Of a stretch of DNA of 64,000 bases, positions 29,024-38,058 are shown piece after piece. Each line of letters opens with the position of its first letter. The stretch's first letter is position 1. The position numbers and the translations under genes were made by a program. Source of the DNA: an uncultured Alphaproteobacteria bacterium (GTDB lineage Bacteria > Pseudomonadota > Alphaproteobacteria > Rhizobiales > Xanthobacteraceae); contig CAWHEX010000011.1 in assembly GCA_963828625.1 (NCBI GenBank), positions 647,041 to 711,040 of the forward strand, read 5' to 3'. The notes under the pieces were generated by a model, which was not told the origin of the DNA, made no database searches, and saw nothing but the letters and a program-made list of their open reading frames with translations.

Positions 29024-29047
29024 ATGTTGTGTTACAATATAACATTC
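29024..29047. promoter_or_regulatory. candidate Zur box overlapping a TACAAT -10-like hexamer
   Basis: The core of atgttgtgTTACAATATAACAttc differs at one position from the palindromic TGTTATAATATAACA type of Zur operator. It sits 5 nt upstream of the micro-ORF that leads the znu operon. It lies in the only AT-rich patch of the region. Confidence 0.45.
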
Positions 29048-29049
29048 GC

Positions 29050-29205
29050 ATGGAGCCGCATCACCACCATCATCTGGGCCACACGCATCCGCCCGCGACG
29101 GTGTCGCCCTCGATCCTGCGCCTCTCGGCGCTGGAGCGGCTCGCGGCCGTGACGGTGCTGATCGCCGCGCTGTGGGTCTTGGTCTTCTGGGCGATGACAT
29201 CATGA
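29050..29205 (+). CDS. 51-aa His-rich single-pass membrane peptide, translationally coupled to znuC
   Basis: Hand translation gives MEPHHHHHLGHTHPPATVSPSILRLSALERLAAVTVLIAALWVLVFWAMTS*. It is below the ORF-track length cutoff. Its stop overlaps the znuC ATG (ATGA at 29202-29205). Confidence 0.4.
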   Translation: MEPHHHHHLGHTHPPATVSPSILRLSALERLAAVTVLIAALWVLVFWAMTS

Positions 29206-30803
29206 GTGCGGCGCTGGCCTTCAACGATGTGACGCTCGGCTATGACCGCCACCCGGCGGTGCATCATCTGCACGGCAAGATCGAAGCCGGCGCGCTGATG
29301 GCCGTGGTCGGCCCGAACGGCGCCGGCAAGTCGACGCTGTTCAAGGGCATCGTCGGCGTGCTCAAGCCGCTCGCGGGCGGCATCGACCTTTGCGGACTGC
29401 ACGCGCGCGACATCGCCTATCTGCCGCAGATCGCCGACATCGACCGTACGTTTCCGATTTGCGTCTACGACATGGTCGCGATGGGGCTGTGGCGCGACGC
29501 CGGCCTGTTCGGCGGCATCGGCAAGTCCGAGCGCGAGAAGGTGCGCATCGCGATGTCGGCCGTCGGCCTCTCGGGCTTCGAGGATCGGCCGATCGGCACG
29601 CTCTCGGGCGGGCAGATGCAGCGTACGCTGTTCGCCCGGCTGCTGTTGCAGGACGCGCGCGTGATCGTGCTGGACGAGCCGTTCAACGCGATCGACACCA
29701 AGACCGCCGCCGACCTGTGCGATCTGGTGATGCGCTGGCATGCCGAGAAGCGCACCGTGATCGCGGCGCTGCACGATCTCGATCTGGTCCGTTCGCTGTT
29801 CCCCGAGGCGCTGCTGCTCGCCCGCGAGCCCGTTGCGTGGGGCCGCACCGCAGATGTGCTCACCGCCGAGAACCTGCTCAAGGCCCGGCGCATGTGCGAG
29901 GCGTTCGACGAGCACGCCGAAGTGTTGCGCCGCGTGATCTACGACACCCTCATCGGTCCGTTCGTCGAGTTCGCCTTCATGCGCCGCGCGCTTGTCGGCA
30001 CGCTGGCGCTCGCGCTCGGCGCCGGGCCGATCGGCGTATTCCTGATGCTGCGCCGCATGAGCCTCGTCGGCGACGCGATGGCGCACGCGATCCTGCCCGG
30101 CGCGGCCATCGGATTTCTTGTGTCTGGCCTGTCGCTGTTCGCCATGACGGCGGGCGGGCTGATCGCGGGCTTCGTGATCGCGGTCGGTGCGGGCGTGGTC
30201 GCGCGCTTCACCGAACTGAAGGAGGACGCCTCGCTCGCGGCGTTCTTTCTCATCTCGCTCGCGGTCGGCGTGACCATCGTGTCGCTCAAGGGCACCAACA
30301 TCGACCTGCTGCATTTCCTGTTCGGCAGCGTGCTGGCGCTCGACGATCACACGCTGCTGCTGATCGCCGGCATCACGACGCTTTCGCTCGCCGCGCTGGC
30401 GCTGATCTACCGGCCGCTGGTGCTGGAATGCGTCGATCCGGGTTTTCTGCGCTCGGTCAGCCGCGCCGGCGGGCCTGCGCACATCGCGTTCCTCGCGCTG
30501 GTGGTGATGAACCTCGTCGGCGGCTTCCATGCACTCGGCACGCTGCTCGCGGTCGGCATCATGATGCTGCCGGCCGTGATCGCGCGGTTCTGGGCGCGCG
30601 ACGTCACCGCCATGATCCTGATCGCGGCGGCGAGCGGCGCGGTCTCCGGCTACGCGGGCCTGCTGCTCTCGTTCCACGCGGGCGCGCCGAGCGGGCCTGC
30701 GATCATCCTCGTCGCGGGTGGTCTCTACATCGTCTCGTTGCTGTTCGGACGCGTCGGCGGCGTGCTGAGCGGTGTGTTCTCAGGGCGGCATCTGGAGGCG
30801 TGA
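29202..30803 (+). CDS. zinc/manganese ABC transporter ATPase (ZnuC-like) read through in frame into the ABC-3 permease (ZnuB-like)
   Basis: Inside ORF 29172..30803. The ATPase part has GPNGAGKST, LSGGQMQRTLFARL and VIVLDEPFNAID up to ..CEAFDEHAEV. The permease part starts at the in-frame GTG 29934 (IYDTLIGPFVEFAFMRRALVGTLALAL...). See the finding on the junction. Confidence 0.8.
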   Translation: MSAALAFNDVTLGYDRHPAVHHLHGKIEAGALMAVVGPNGAGKSTLFKGIVGVLKPLAGGIDLCGLHARDIAYLPQIADIDRTFPICVYDMVAMGLWRDAGLFGGIGKSEREKVRIAMSAVGLSGFEDRPIGTLSGGQMQRTLFARLLLQDARVIVLDEPFNAIDTKTAADLCDLVMRWHAEKRTVIAALHDLDLVRSLFPEALLLAREPVAWGRTADVLTAENLLKARRMCEAFDEHAEVLRRVIYDTLIGPFVEFAFMRRALVGTLALALGAGPIGVFLMLRRMSLVGDAMAHAILPGAAIGFLVSGLSLFAMTAGGLIAGFVIAVGAGVVARFTELKEDASLAAFFLISLAVGVTIVSLKGTNIDLLHFLFGSVLALDDHTLLLIAGITTLSLAALALIYRPLVLECVDPGFLRSVSRAGGPAHIAFLALVVMNLVGGFHALGTLLAVGIMMLPAVIARFWARDVTAMILIAAASGAVSGYAGLLLSFHAGAPSGPAIILVAGGLYIVSLLFGRVGGVLSGVFSGRHLEA

Positions 30804-30807
30804 CTTG

Positions 30808-31704
30808 ATGCTGACACGACGCGTTTTCCTGGTCGCGGCCGCGCTGCTGCTCGCTTCGGGCGGCACTGTCAGCGCGCAGGAGAAGCTGAAGGTTGTCGCG
30901 ACCTTCTCGATCCTTGCCGATCTGGTGAAGAACGTCGGCGGCGACCGCGTGGAGGTGAGGGCGCTCGTCGGTCCCAACAGCGACGCGCATGTGTTTCAGC
31001 CTGCGCCCGGCGACGCGAAGACGCTGGCCGACGCCAGGGTGATCTTCGCCAACGGACTCGGCTTCGAGGGCTGGATCGACCGGCTGATCAAGGCGTCGGG
31101 CACCAAGGCCACGATGGTCATCGCTACCAAGGGCGTGAAGCCGCGCAAGGCGGCGGACGATGGCCACGGACATGGCGATGCCGACCCGCATGCGTGGCAG
31201 GCGGTGGAGAACGTCAAGCTCTATGTCGCGAACATCCGCGACGCGCTCGCCGCCGCCGATCCGGCCGGCAAAGGCGCCTACGAGGCGAATGCGGCCGCGT
31301 ATCTGGCGAAGCTCGATGCGCTCGACGCCGAGGTGAAGGCCGCGATCGAGAAAATCCCGGCCGACCGGCGCAGGATCATCACGACGCACGACGCGTTCGG
31401 CTATTTCGCCGCCGCCTACGGCGTCGCATTCGTCGCGCCGCAGGGTGTGTCGACCGAGGCCGAAGTCTCGGCCCGCGACGTCGCCAGGATCATCACGCAG
31501 ATCAGGAAGCAGAAAATCCCGGCGGTGTTCCTCGAGAACGTCACTGACGAGCGCCTGCTCCGCCGCATCGCGCAGGAGAGCGGTGCGCGCATCGGCGGCA
31601 CGCTCTATTCCGACGCGCTGACCGACGAGAAGGGCGCGGCGCCCACCTATATCGACATGATGCGGCACAACGTGCGGCAACTCTCGGCCGCGCTGACGAG
31701 CTAA
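30808..31704 (+). CDS. znuA: metal ABC transporter substrate-binding protein (ZnuA/TroA cluster A-I) with a His-rich loop
   Basis: Inside ORF 30772..31704, with a signal peptide (MLTRRVFLVAAALLLASGGTVSAQ). It contains ..NSDAHVFQP.., the loop DDGHGHGDADPHAW, and THDAFGYF. Confidence 0.85.
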   Translation: MLTRRVFLVAAALLLASGGTVSAQEKLKVVATFSILADLVKNVGGDRVEVRALVGPNSDAHVFQPAPGDAKTLADARVIFANGLGFEGWIDRLIKASGTKATMVIATKGVKPRKAADDGHGHGDADPHAWQAVENVKLYVANIRDALAAADPAGKGAYEANAAAYLAKLDALDAEVKAAIEKIPADRRRIITTHDAFGYFAAAYGVAFVAPQGVSTEAEVSARDVARIITQIRKQKIPAVFLENVTDERLLRRIAQESGARIGGTLYSDALTDEKGAAPTYIDMMRHNVRQLSAALTS

Positions 31705-31885
31705 CCTCGCGTTCACCATGCTTTCCGAGGCGCCGGAACCCTTTTTGGCGGCCGCATGTTGCAGCCGCGTCTGAGCACAAGGGGGACGATGCGAGAGGTG
31801 GAGTGGTGGCTCGTAACGGTGCGTTCTGGAACCCGCACCGTCAGCCTCAGCAGAAGAAGCCCACAGGGATAACCGGATAGGCGTT

Positions 31886-31913
31886 GGCCCCGGCGCATGC
31901 GCGCGCCGGGGCC
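31886..31913 (+). terminator. perfect 11-bp GC stem-loop between znuA and the COG0523 gene (weak terminator or attenuator)
   Basis: ggccccggcgc-atgcgc-gcgccggggcc is followed only by gcttt, so the T-tract is poor. Confidence 0.3.
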
Positions 31914-31975
31914 GCTTTCGGCTGCGTTGCCCTTGATGCCCGATTGCCTATATCTGGGGCTCCCGGAGTGCCCAG

Positions 31976-33034
31976 ATGTCCGACGCGACCCAAGCAAACA
32001 ATGACAAAATCCCCGTCACGGTGCTGACCGGCTACCTCGGCGCCGGCAAGACCACGCTGCTCAACCGCATCCTGTCCGAGCCGCACGGCAAGAAATACGC
32101 CGTGATCGTCAACGAGTTCGGCGAGATCGGCATCGACAACGACCTCATCGTGGGCGCCGACGAGGAAGTGTTCGAGATGAACAACGGCTGCATCTGCTGC
32201 ACGGTGCGCGGAGACCTGATCCGCATCATCGAGGGGCTGATGCGGCGCAAGGGCAAGTTCGACGCCATCATCGTGGAGACGACGGGCCTCGCCGATCCGG
32301 CGCCGGTGGCGCAGACCTTCTTCGTCGACGAGAACGTCGGCAAGAACACCAGGCTCGATGCGGTGGTAACGGTGGCGGACGCCAAGTGGCTGCGCGACCG
32401 CCTCAAGGACGCGCCCGAGGCGAAGAACCAGATCGCGTTCGCGGACGTGATCCTGATCAACAAGACCGATCTGGTGACCGATGCCGAGCTGCGCGAGACG
32501 GAAGCGCGCATCCGCGGCATCAATCCTTACGCCAAGCTGCACCGCACGCAGCGCGCGCAGATTCCGCTCCACGAGGTGCTGGGGCGCAATGCGTTCGATC
32601 TCGAGCGCATCCTCGATATCGAGCCGGAATTCCTCCATGCCGACGATCATGCGCACGACCACGATCATCACCATGACCACGATCACGGGCATGGCCATTC
32701 GCATGCGCACGGCGGACTGAAGCACTATCACGACGAGGAGATGCAATCGATCGCGCTCTCGACCGACCAGCCGCTCGATCCCGACAAGTTCTTTCCCTTC
32801 ATCCAGAACCTCACGCAGGCCGAGGGCCCGAACATCCTGCGCTGCAAGGGCATCATCTCGCTCCGGGACGATCCGCAGCGCTTCGTGTTCCAGGGCGTGC
32901 ACATGATGCTCGACGGCGATCATCAGCGCCCGTGGAACGACGGCGAGAAGCGCACGAGCCGCGTGGTGTTCATCGGCCGCAACTTGCCGGAGGAGAAAAT
33001 CCGCAAGGGCTTCGAGAGCACCGTCGCCGAATGA
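31976..33034 (+). CDS. COG0523 family GTPase (CobW/ZigA/YeiR-like putative zinc metallochaperone)
   Basis: 352-aa ORF with the P-loop GYLGAGKTT, a GCICCT (CxCC) motif, the His-rich stretch [27 protein letters not shown], and a CobW C-terminal domain. Confidence 0.9.
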   Translation: MSDATQANNDKIPVTVLTGYLGAGKTTLLNRILSEPHGKKYAVIVNEFGEIGIDNDLIVGADEEVFEMNNGCICCTVRGDLIRIIEGLMRRKGKFDAIIVETTGLADPAPVAQTFFVDENVGKNTRLDAVVTVADAKWLRDRLKDAPEAKNQIAFADVILINKTDLVTDAELRETEARIRGINPYAKLHRTQRAQIPLHEVLGRNAFDLERILDIEPEFLHADDHAHDHDHHHDHDHGHGHSHAHGGLKHYHDEEMQSIALSTDQPLDPDKFFPFIQNLTQAEGPNILRCKGIISLRDDPQRFVFQGVHMMLDGDHQRPWNDGEKRTSRVVFIGRNLPEEKIRKGFESTVAE

Positions 33035-33044
33035 GCCTCGGCCG

Positions 33045-34052
33045 ATGAGCACGACAGACGGCGCAATTCCCTCGGTGACCGAGCGCGTGACGCCCGTTGC
33101 GGCGGGCGCGCCGGTCGTCGCCATACACTTCGTGAGCGGGCGGGCTGTCTTCGTGCTCGGCGAAGAGGCTCTGCTGTTTGTTGCGCCGGACGGCGCCGAG
33201 CAGCGCGTCGCCGCGCATGCGGGCGGCATTCTGGCGGCAGTGAGCGACGGCACGCGCATCCTTACCGGCGGCGATGACGGCAAGGTCGCGGTGACCAGCG
33301 CGAAGGGCGATACCGAAACACTCGCCGCGGATGAAAAGCGCCGCTGGATCGATCGCGTCGCGCTTGGACCGGACGGCGTGGTCGCGTGGTCGATCGGTAA
33401 ACAGGCCTTCGTGCGCAACGCCAAGGGCGAGACGAAATCGCTCGACCTGCCGTCGAGCGTCGGCGGGCTCGCGTTCTCGCCGAAGGGACTGCGGCTCGCG
33501 GTCTCGCACTACGGCGGTGTCACGCTGTGGTTTCCGAACGCGCAGGCGAAGCCCGAAACGTTCGCCTGGAAGGGCTCGCATCTCGACGTGATGTTCTCGG
33601 CGGACGGGCGCTTCCTCGTCACCGCCATGCAGGAGCCGACCTTGCACGGCTGGCGGCTCGCCGACGCGAAGGACATGCGCATGTCGGGCTACTCGGCCAA
33701 GGTCCGCTCGATGGCGTGGACGGCGGGTGGCAAATGGCTCGCCACCTCCGGGTCGGAGCAGCTCATCCTCTGGCCGTTCGGCGCCAAGGACGGCCCGATG
33801 GGCAAGCAGCCGCGCATGGTCGCGCCCTACGACAAGCGCGTGGTCGCGGTCGCATGCCATCCCGCGCAGGAAATCATCGCAGCCGGGTTCGAGGACGGAC
33901 TCGTGATGCTTTGCCGCATCGAGGACGGCGCGGAGATCTTGGCGAAGAAGCCGGGTGCGGCCGCCGTCTCGGCGCTCGGCTGGAGCGCCGATGGCGCGAA
34001 GCTCGCGTTCGGGACGGAAGACGGCGAGGCCGGGATCGCCGACCTCGCGTGA
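33045..34052 (+). CDS. WD40-repeat beta-propeller protein, no signal peptide
   Basis: 335-aa ORF with repeated ~40-aa units (..ILTGGDDGKVAV.., ..VAWSIGKQAFV.., ..LAVSHYGGVTLW.., ..LVTAMQEPTLHGW.., ..LATSGSEQLILW.., ..IAAGFEDGLVML.., ..LAFGTEDGEAGI..). It starts 11 nt after the COG0523 stop. Confidence 0.75.
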   Translation: MSTTDGAIPSVTERVTPVAAGAPVVAIHFVSGRAVFVLGEEALLFVAPDGAEQRVAAHAGGILAAVSDGTRILTGGDDGKVAVTSAKGDTETLAADEKRRWIDRVALGPDGVVAWSIGKQAFVRNAKGETKSLDLPSSVGGLAFSPKGLRLAVSHYGGVTLWFPNAQAKPETFAWKGSHLDVMFSADGRFLVTAMQEPTLHGWRLADAKDMRMSGYSAKVRSMAWTAGGKWLATSGSEQLILWPFGAKDGPMGKQPRMVAPYDKRVVAVACHPAQEIIAAGFEDGLVMLCRIEDGAEILAKKPGAAAVSALGWSADGAKLAFGTEDGEAGIADLA

Positions 34053-34064
34053 CGCCGGCTGGAA

Positions 34065-34568
34065 TTACTTCTTGAGATTCCGCGGTGCGGCCGGAGGCGG
34101 ATCCATCGCGTTGTCAGGAAGGCGCTTCCACTTTTGACTGCGACCGAGCAGCGCGATCCCGAGATAGCCGCGCACCTCGAGCTGTTTGCCGTCCGGGCTG
34201 ACCTCCATCAGCGCACGATAGACCGTGCCGTCGCGCGGATCGGTGATCGTCCCGCCTTCGTACTTGAGGCCGTTCCGCTTCATTCCCTTGATCAGGGCGA
34301 GCCCGAGCACCTGGGCGTCTTTTTCCGCGCCCTCGCACTTCGTGCAGCGCCATGACTCGGGCGGCGGATCGCCAGGCTTCTGGAACATCTTCACGACGAT
34401 GCCGGTGTAGACGCCGTCTTTTTCGGCAATGCTGAACCAGCTTTCGGCGGCGCCCGTCTTGTCATCGACCTGCTCCCACAGGCCGGCGGCGCCGGGCTGG
34501 TCAGCGGGAGCTGCCCAGGCGAGAGCGCTCAGGGAAGCAAGGAACACAAGAACGCCAAGAAATTTCAT
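34065..34568 (-). CDS. DUF2147 domain-containing periplasmic protein
   Basis: Inside ORF 34065..34580, with a signal peptide (MKFLGVLVFLASLSALAWA). It contains GLWEQVDD..., CTKCEG, GGTITDPRDGTVYRA and LEVRGYLGIALLGRSQKWKR. Confidence 0.7.
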   Translation of the reverse strand: MKFLGVLVFLASLSALAWAAPADQPGAAGLWEQVDDKTGAAESWFSIAEKDGVYTGIVVKMFQKPGDPPPESWRCTKCEGAEKDAQVLGLALIKGMKRNGLKYEGGTITDPRDGTVYRALMEVSPDGKQLEVRGYLGIALLGRSQKWKRLPDNAMDPPPAAPRNLKK

Positions 34569-34632
34569 ACGCAGCCTCACGAGCTCTCGACGCCGTCCCG
34601 TTCTGCCCGCCGAAGCTCTATCATGCGACGCA

Positions 34633-34672
34633 GAACAAGAAAAAGGCGAGCACGCTGAACGGGCTCGCCTTG
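34633..34672 (-). terminator. rho-independent terminator downstream of hss
   Basis: On the minus strand, ggcgagc-ccgttcagcgt-gctcgcc is followed by tttttcttgtt. It lies between the hss stop (34707) and the DUF2147 start. Confidence 0.7.
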
Positions 34673-34706
34673 TCGTCGTGTTGGTTGCCGTTGTGAGTGG
34701 GGCCGA

Positions 34707-36140
34707 TCATCCCACCAGCACGTTCTTGAACTGCCACGGATCGCGCTTGTCGATGCTCTCCGGGAACATGCCGGGGCGGCCGGTCAGCGGCGTCCAGTCG
34801 GTGTAGGTGCCGATCACCGGGCCCAGATAAGGCATCTGCACCTCGAGGCAGCGGCGGAAGTCCATCTCGTCCGCCTCGACGATGCCAGCCTTGGGGTTTT
34901 CCAGCGCCCACACCATGCCGGCGAGCACGGCGCTCGTCACCTGCAGGCCGGTGGCGTTCTGATAGGGCGCGAGATCGCGCGTCTCGTCGATCGAAAGCTG
35001 CGAGCCATACCAGTAGGCGTTCTTCTTGTGACCGTAGAGCAGGACGCCGAGCTCGTCGATGCCCTCGGTGATCTCGTGCTCGTCCCAGATGTGAATCGCG
35101 GGCTGGCGCTCGCCCGCCTGCCCGAACAATTCGTGCAGCGACAGCACCGCGTCGTTGCAGGGGTGATAGGCGTAGTGGCAGGTCGGGCGGTACGTAGCCT
35201 TGGCGCCGTCGCGTACCGTGAAATAGTCCGCGATCGAAATCGACTCGTTGTGCGTGACGAGGAAGCCGTATTGCGCCTTGGCGGTCGGCGTCCATGAGCG
35301 CACGCGCGTGTTGGCGCCCGGCTGCGTCAGATAGATCGCGGCCTTGCAGCCCTTTTTGTGCTTGAAGCCGTTCTTCGGCATCCACTTCTCGTGCGTGCCC
35401 CAGCCGAGCTCGGCCGGCTGCATTCCCTCCGACAGGAACCCCTCGACCGACCAGGTGTTGCAGAACACCTCGATCGGCTTTGGCTTCCTGGCGACCTGCG
35501 TGTCGCGCTCCGCGATGTGGATGCCCTTCACGCCGAGCTTCCTGGCAAGCTTCGCCCAGTCCTCGCGCGTCGCCGGCTCCTTCAGCTTCGTCTTGGTGTC
35601 GGCCGCGATGTTGAGCAGCGCCTGCTTCACGAACCAGGACACCATCCCGGGATTGGCGCCGCAGCAGGACACCGCGGTGGTCGAGCCCGGCTTGCGCTTG
35701 CGCTTGGCGGCGAGCGTGACCTCGCGCAGCGCGTAGTTCGAGCGCTCTTCCGGGCCCTTCTTGGTGTCGAAGTAAAAGCCCGTCCACGGCTCGTTGACGG
35801 TGTCGATGTAGAGCGCGCCGAGTTCGTCGCAGAGCTCCATGATGTCCACGGAGGACGTGTCGACCGACAGGTTCACGCAGAAGCCCTGTCCGCCGCCGGC
35901 GGTCAGCAGGGGGCTGAGGAGCTTGCGGTAGTTGGCCTTGGTGACGGCCTCGTGGACGAAGCGGATGCCGCGCTCGTCGAGCAGCTTGCGGTCCTTGTCT
36001 TCGGGATCGATGACGACGAAGCGGGACTTGTCATAATTGAAATGCCGCTCGATCAAAGGCAGCGTGCCTTTGCCGATCGAGCCGAAACCGATCATCACGA
36101 TGGGCCCGTCGATACGGGCGTGCACCGGCCACTGGGTCAT
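34707..36140 (-). CDS. hss: homospermidine synthase
   Basis: 477-aa ORF reading MTQWPVHARIDGPIVMIGFGSIGKGTLPLIERHF...VNLSVDTSSVDIMELC..YIDTVNEPW... Its length and sequence are characteristic of bacterial Hss. Confidence 0.9.
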   Translation of the reverse strand: MTQWPVHARIDGPIVMIGFGSIGKGTLPLIERHFNYDKSRFVVIDPEDKDRKLLDERGIRFVHEAVTKANYRKLLSPLLTAGGGQGFCVNLSVDTSSVDIMELCDELGALYIDTVNEPWTGFYFDTKKGPEERSNYALREVTLAAKRKRKPGSTTAVSCCGANPGMVSWFVKQALLNIAADTKTKLKEPATREDWAKLARKLGVKGIHIAERDTQVARKPKPIEVFCNTWSVEGFLSEGMQPAELGWGTHEKWMPKNGFKHKKGCKAAIYLTQPGANTRVRSWTPTAKAQYGFLVTHNESISIADYFTVRDGAKATYRPTCHYAYHPCNDAVLSLHELFGQAGERQPAIHIWDEHEITEGIDELGVLLYGHKKNAYWYGSQLSIDETRDLAPYQNATGLQVTSAVLAGMVWALENPKAGIVEADEMDFRRCLEVQMPYLGPVIGTYTDWTPLTGRPGMFPESIDKRDPWQFKNVLVG

Positions 36141-36248
36141 AATTCAAACGCCTCCGATTTTGCGCGGGTGATATCCGCAGCGTCATGCAAACGGAAGAGG
36201 ACGCCGCGCCGGCAGGGCACGGCGTCCACTGTCATTTCGGCTTCATAT

Positions 36249-36815
36249 TTAGGCAGCTAGGGCAGCCGGCGCGTAGGTCGCGCCGGTGAGGAAGTCGGGC
36301 AGGCCCTTGGGCAGCCGATCGCCGGTCGCGCGGACGAGCCCGCGTGCGCCATCGAGCGCGCCTGCCCTCAGCGCGAGGCCGAGGAAGCGCTCCGGCTCGA
36401 ACGGCCCGGGCAGGCGCAGCGCGCCGGTCTTGTCCGTCGAGAAGCCGAAGCGGCCGTAGTAGGGCGCATCGCCGACCAGCAGGACCGCGCGGTGGCCGAG
36501 GCGGCGCGCCTCGCGCAGCGCGCGCTGCATCAGGCTCGCGCCGATGCCGCGGTTGCGCGCGTCGCTCGCGACCGCGAGCGGCCCGAGCAGCAAAGCAGGG
36601 CGCCCGATGCCGGCGCTGACGTTCCACAGCCGCGCGGTGCCGACGAGGCGGCCGTTCTCGATCGCCGCGAAGGACAAGCCTTCGGCGGCGAACCGCCCCT
36701 CGCGCAGGCGCTCGGAGGCTTTCGCAAAGCGCGCCGGCCCGAAGGCCGCGTCGAGCAGGCGCTCGCGCGCCGCGATGTCGGTCGAGCGTTCGTTGCGGAT
36801 GGTCACCATGGCCAA
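36249..36815 (-). CDS. GNAT family N-acetyltransferase
   Basis: 188-aa ORF with LLGPLAVASDARNRGIGASLMQRALREA. An aaggag RBS precedes it. Confidence 0.8.
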   Translation of the reverse strand: MAMVTIRNERSTDIAARERLLDAAFGPARFAKASERLREGRFAAEGLSFAAIENGRLVGTARLWNVSAGIGRPALLLGPLAVASDARNRGIGASLMQRALREARRLGHRAVLLVGDAPYYGRFGFSTDKTGALRLPGPFEPERFLGLALRAGALDGARGLVRATGDRLPKGLPDFLTGATYAPAALAA

Positions 36816-36826
36816 CTCCTTCCAAG

Positions 36827-36911
36827 CCCTCCTCGGGAGGGCACACGACAGCGACGGAAGGGGAGCCGGCGTTACCGCCAGCTCCCGGCTTTCCTCTCCC
36901 GCTTTCGCGGG
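36827..36911. repeat. cluster of three GC hairpins (REP-like) between the ODC and GNAT genes
   Basis: The hairpins are ccctcc-tcg-ggaggg (36827-41), gggagccggcg-ttac-cgccagctccc (36861-86) and cccgc-tttc-gcggg (36898-911). The last is the same unit as in the E2 repeat at 17147-17170. Confidence 0.5.
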
Positions 36912-36924
36912 GTTCAGGGTGGGG

Positions 36925-38058
36925 TTAGATGTGGACCGTCTTCAGCGGCGCAAAGCCGTTGAAGGCCACGGACGAGTAGGTCGCCGTATAGGCGCCGGTA
37001 CCCTCGATCAGCACCTTGTCGCCGATCTCCAGGCTCACCGGGAGCTGATAGGGCGCCTTCTCGTACAGCACGTCGGCCAAGTCGCAGGTCGGGCCGGCGA
37101 TCACGCAGGCGCCCAGCTCATCGGCGTCACGCGTGCGTCTTGATCGGGTAGCGGATCGACTCGTCCATCGTCTCGGCGAGGCCGCCGAACTTGCCGATGT
37201 CGAGATAGACCCAGCGCACCTCGTCCTCGGTGCTCTTCTTCGAGACGAGCACGACCTCGGCCTCGATCACGCCGGCATTGCCGACCATGCCGCGGCCCGG
37301 CTCGATGATCGTCTCCGGGATCGCGTTGCCGAAGTGCTTGCGCAGCGCGCGGAAGATCGCCGTGCCGTAGGTTTTCACCGTCGGGACGTTCTTCAGGTAC
37401 TTGGTCGGGAACCCGCCGCCGAGGTTGACCATCGACAGGTTCATGCCGCGCTCGCCGCACTCGCGGAAGATCGCCGCCGCCGAGGCAAGCGCGCGGTCCC
37501 AGGCGTGCTGGTTGCTTCTGCTGCGAGCCGACATGGAACGACACGCCGTGCGGCTCCAGCCCGAGCTTGTGGGCGTGCTCAAGCACGTCCACCGCCATGG
37601 CGGGCTCGCAGCCGAACTTGCGCGACAGCGGCCATTCGGCGCCGGCGCAGTCGAACAGGAAGCGGCAGAACACCTTGGAGCCGGGCGCCGCGCGGGCGAC
37701 CTTCTCGACCTCGGGGATGCAGTCGACCGCGAAGAGGCGGATGCCGAGCGCGTAGGCGCGCGCGATGTCGCGCTCCTTCTTGATCGTGTTGCCGTAGCGA
37801 GACGCGGTCGGGCGTCGCGCCGGCTGCGAGCACCATCTCGATCTCGGTGACCGAGGCGGTGTCGAAGCAGGAGCCGAGCGAGGCGAGCAGGGAGAGCACC
37901 TCCGGCGCCGGGTTCGCCTTCACGGCGTAGAACACGCGCGTATCGGGCAGCGACTTGGCGAAGGTCTGGTAGTTGTCGCGCACGACGTCGAGATCGACGA
38001 CCAGGCAGGGGCCTTCGTCGGTGCGGTTGCGCAGGAAGTCACGAATGCGAGCTGTCAT
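36925..38058 (-). pseudogene. type III PLP-dependent ornithine/lysine decarboxylase (ODC-like), three frame breaks
   Basis: The sequence reads MTARIRDFLRNRTDEGPCLVVDLDVVRDNYQTFAKSLPDTRVFYAVKANP...ATPDRVS / YGNTIKKERDIARAYALGIRLFAVD..VFCRFLFDCAGAEWPLSRKFGC..HGVSFHVGSQQ / ..HAWDRALASAAAIFRECGERGMNLSMVNLGGGFPTKY..IIEPGRGMVGNAG..IRYPIKTH / DADELGACVIAGPTCDLADVLY..AFNGFAPLKTVHI*. The minus-strand frames run 0>2>1>0 through ORFs 37579..38091, 37101..37673 and 37127..37582, plus a hand-read tail. Confidence 0.8.

Noticed and set aside
31740-31880. Possible cobalamin riboswitch upstream of the CobW-like (COG0523) gene.
   Set aside because: I could find no B12-box-like core and no GCCACTG element. 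There is only a generic hairpin (acggtgcg...cgcaccgt). The gene's His-rich tract and znu context also point to zinc rather than cobalamin. A cmsearch would settle it.
32641-32712. Short periodic repeats (cac/cat/gac/gat) here and at 44290-44420 and 47372-47430, which might be mistaken for a CRISPR array or VNTR.
   Set aside because: They are in-frame His/Asp codon runs inside metal-handling proteins. There is no repeat-spacer organisation.
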